Assembly: GCA_010029825.1 (NCBI GenBank)
Contig: RGVZ01000002.1
Span: 1,174-65,173, forward strand
Length of the DNA: 64,000 nt
Reading direction: 5' to 3'
From: a bacterium
Lineage (GTDB): Bacteria > Bdellovibrionota_B > Oligoflexia > Oligoflexales > RGVZ01
Made by a program: the position numbers and the translations under genes. The notes beneath the pieces were generated by a model. That model searched no databases, was not told the origin of the DNA, and was given only the letters and a program-made list of their open reading frames with translations. Below, piece after piece: positions 63,183 to 64,000 of this stretch. Positions within the stretch are counted from its first letter, which is position 1; every line of letters starts with the position of its first letter.

Positions 63183-64000
63183 GTGGCATCTCCCTTTTTT
63201 GACGAGCCCGAGATATGAACCAGCAGAAACTGGGTCAGCGTGATGCCACCGATGATCAGAAACAGGATGACCGCCTCCGCAGCGGCCAGCCCCAGGCGCG
63301 AATTCTCAAACCCGTCCCGGAACAGCTGGTAGACGAGTACGTTCGTCGACCCGGCCGGTCCACCGCGCGTCAAGATATGAATCTGGCCGAAACTCTCGAA
63401 TGCATGAATCACCGTGACAATCGTGATAAAAAACAAGGCCGGGGCGATCGAGGGCAGGGTGATGTGCCAGAACCGGCGTAGTGCGTTCGCTCCATCCATC
63501 CAGGCTGCTTCCTGTAATTCAACCGGAACCTGCGCGAGGGCCGCCATCAGAAAAATAATGTTGAATCCGATTTCTTTCCAGACCGTGGTCAAGGATACGG
63601 CCACCGGCGCCCATACAGGATCAGTCAACCACGCCGGGCCGTGAATCCCGGCCAGCGAAAGGAGGTAGTTGAAAAACCCCGCGGTCGGGTTGAAAAGGAA
63701 AATCCAGAGCATCGCTGCCATCGCCGGCGATATGCCCACAGGAAGCAAGAAAATCGACCGGAAGCCTGCACGGAAAAATGGGGCCTGATCCAGAAGAACC
63801 GCAATCCACAGGCTACCCAGAACAGAAAGCGGCACGACCATGCCCGCGAATTTCATCGTCGCAACCAGTGACGCCCGGTAGTCATCGCTTTCAAAGAGTT
63901 CGACGTACTGGTCGATACCGACACGAACAAGGTCAAAAGAAAAAGGCCGGAAGTCATGAAAGCTCAAGTACAGGGAAAACAACGCCGGCCCTATGGTGAA
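63179..64000 (-). CDS. Carbohydrate-type ABC transporter permease (UgpA-like), 5' end outside the window
   Basis: It has the EAA loop EAAWMDGANALRRFWHITLP. The frame stays open to position 64000, so the gene is truncated by the window edge. Confidence 0.88.
   Translation of the reverse strand, partial: FTIGPALFSLYLSFHDFRPFSFDLVRVGIDQYVELFESDDYRASLVATMKFAGMVVPLSVLGSLWIAVLLDQAPFFRAGFRSIFLLPVGISPAMAAMLWIFLFNPTAGFFNYLLSLAGIHGPAWLTDPVWAPVAVSLTTVWKEIGFNIIFLMAALAQVPVELQEAAWMDGANALRRFWHITLPSIAPALFFITIVTVIHAFESFGQIHILTRGGPAGSTNVLVYQLFRDGFENSRLGLAAAEAVILFLIIGGITLTQFLLVHISGSSKKGDAT

Overview
This 64-kb window is a visibly GC-rich (about 60% by eye), very gene-dense chromosomal segment of a diderm (Gram-negative-type) bacterium. 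It holds about 56 protein-coding genes and one tRNA-Thr(CGU). I saw no rRNA, CRISPR array, transposase, integrase or phage genes. Housekeeping genes are present: rpsA, degP/htrA, pheS-pheT, aroQ, rsmI, rluD, rdgB, pgeF, lspA, a class-I aminotransferase, a CBS/CysK-type PLP enzyme, an aldehyde dehydrogenase and crcB. They are interleaved with many envelope genes. These include a complete pilM-N-O-P-Q type IV pilus operon (pilQ apparently interrupted by a +1 frameshift), a DsbA-like protein plus an L,D-transpeptidase, a BamE-like lipoprotein and a UgpAEB-like ABC importer truncated at the right edge. They also include an ABC-2 exporter divergent from two GT-C-like membrane proteins (one fused to an NPP/alkaline-phosphatase-type domain) and many lipoproteins and TPR proteins with no recognisable family. 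The taxon cannot be assigned from the sequence alone; the gene content is compatible with Bdellovibrionota/Myxococcota-like lineages, but that is inference only. The most noteworthy items are: (1) a single ORF fusing LspA, two extra TM helices, a HAMP-like linker and a peroxiredoxin-like domain. (2) An uncharacterised envelope module (TPR-like secreted protein, beta-barrel, ~640-aa lipoprotein) followed by a ParA/MinD-like ATPase and a J-like/RodZ-HTH protein. (3) A GT-C::NPP fusion cluster next to an ABC-2 exporter. (4) A transglutaminase-elicitor-like lipoprotein with a Pep-13-like motif, co-oriented with ALDH and crcB. (5) A REP-like 36/42-nt repeat family found once as an intergenic hairpin array and once in-frame inside the 5' end of a CDS. 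(6) A ~180-nt strongly self-complementary intergenic element that may be an ncRNA. (7) Simple-sequence repeats (C8 and 4 x 9 nt) in the leader of a secreted protein with an sPLA2-like motif. All functional calls rest on motifs read by eye; no database search was run.
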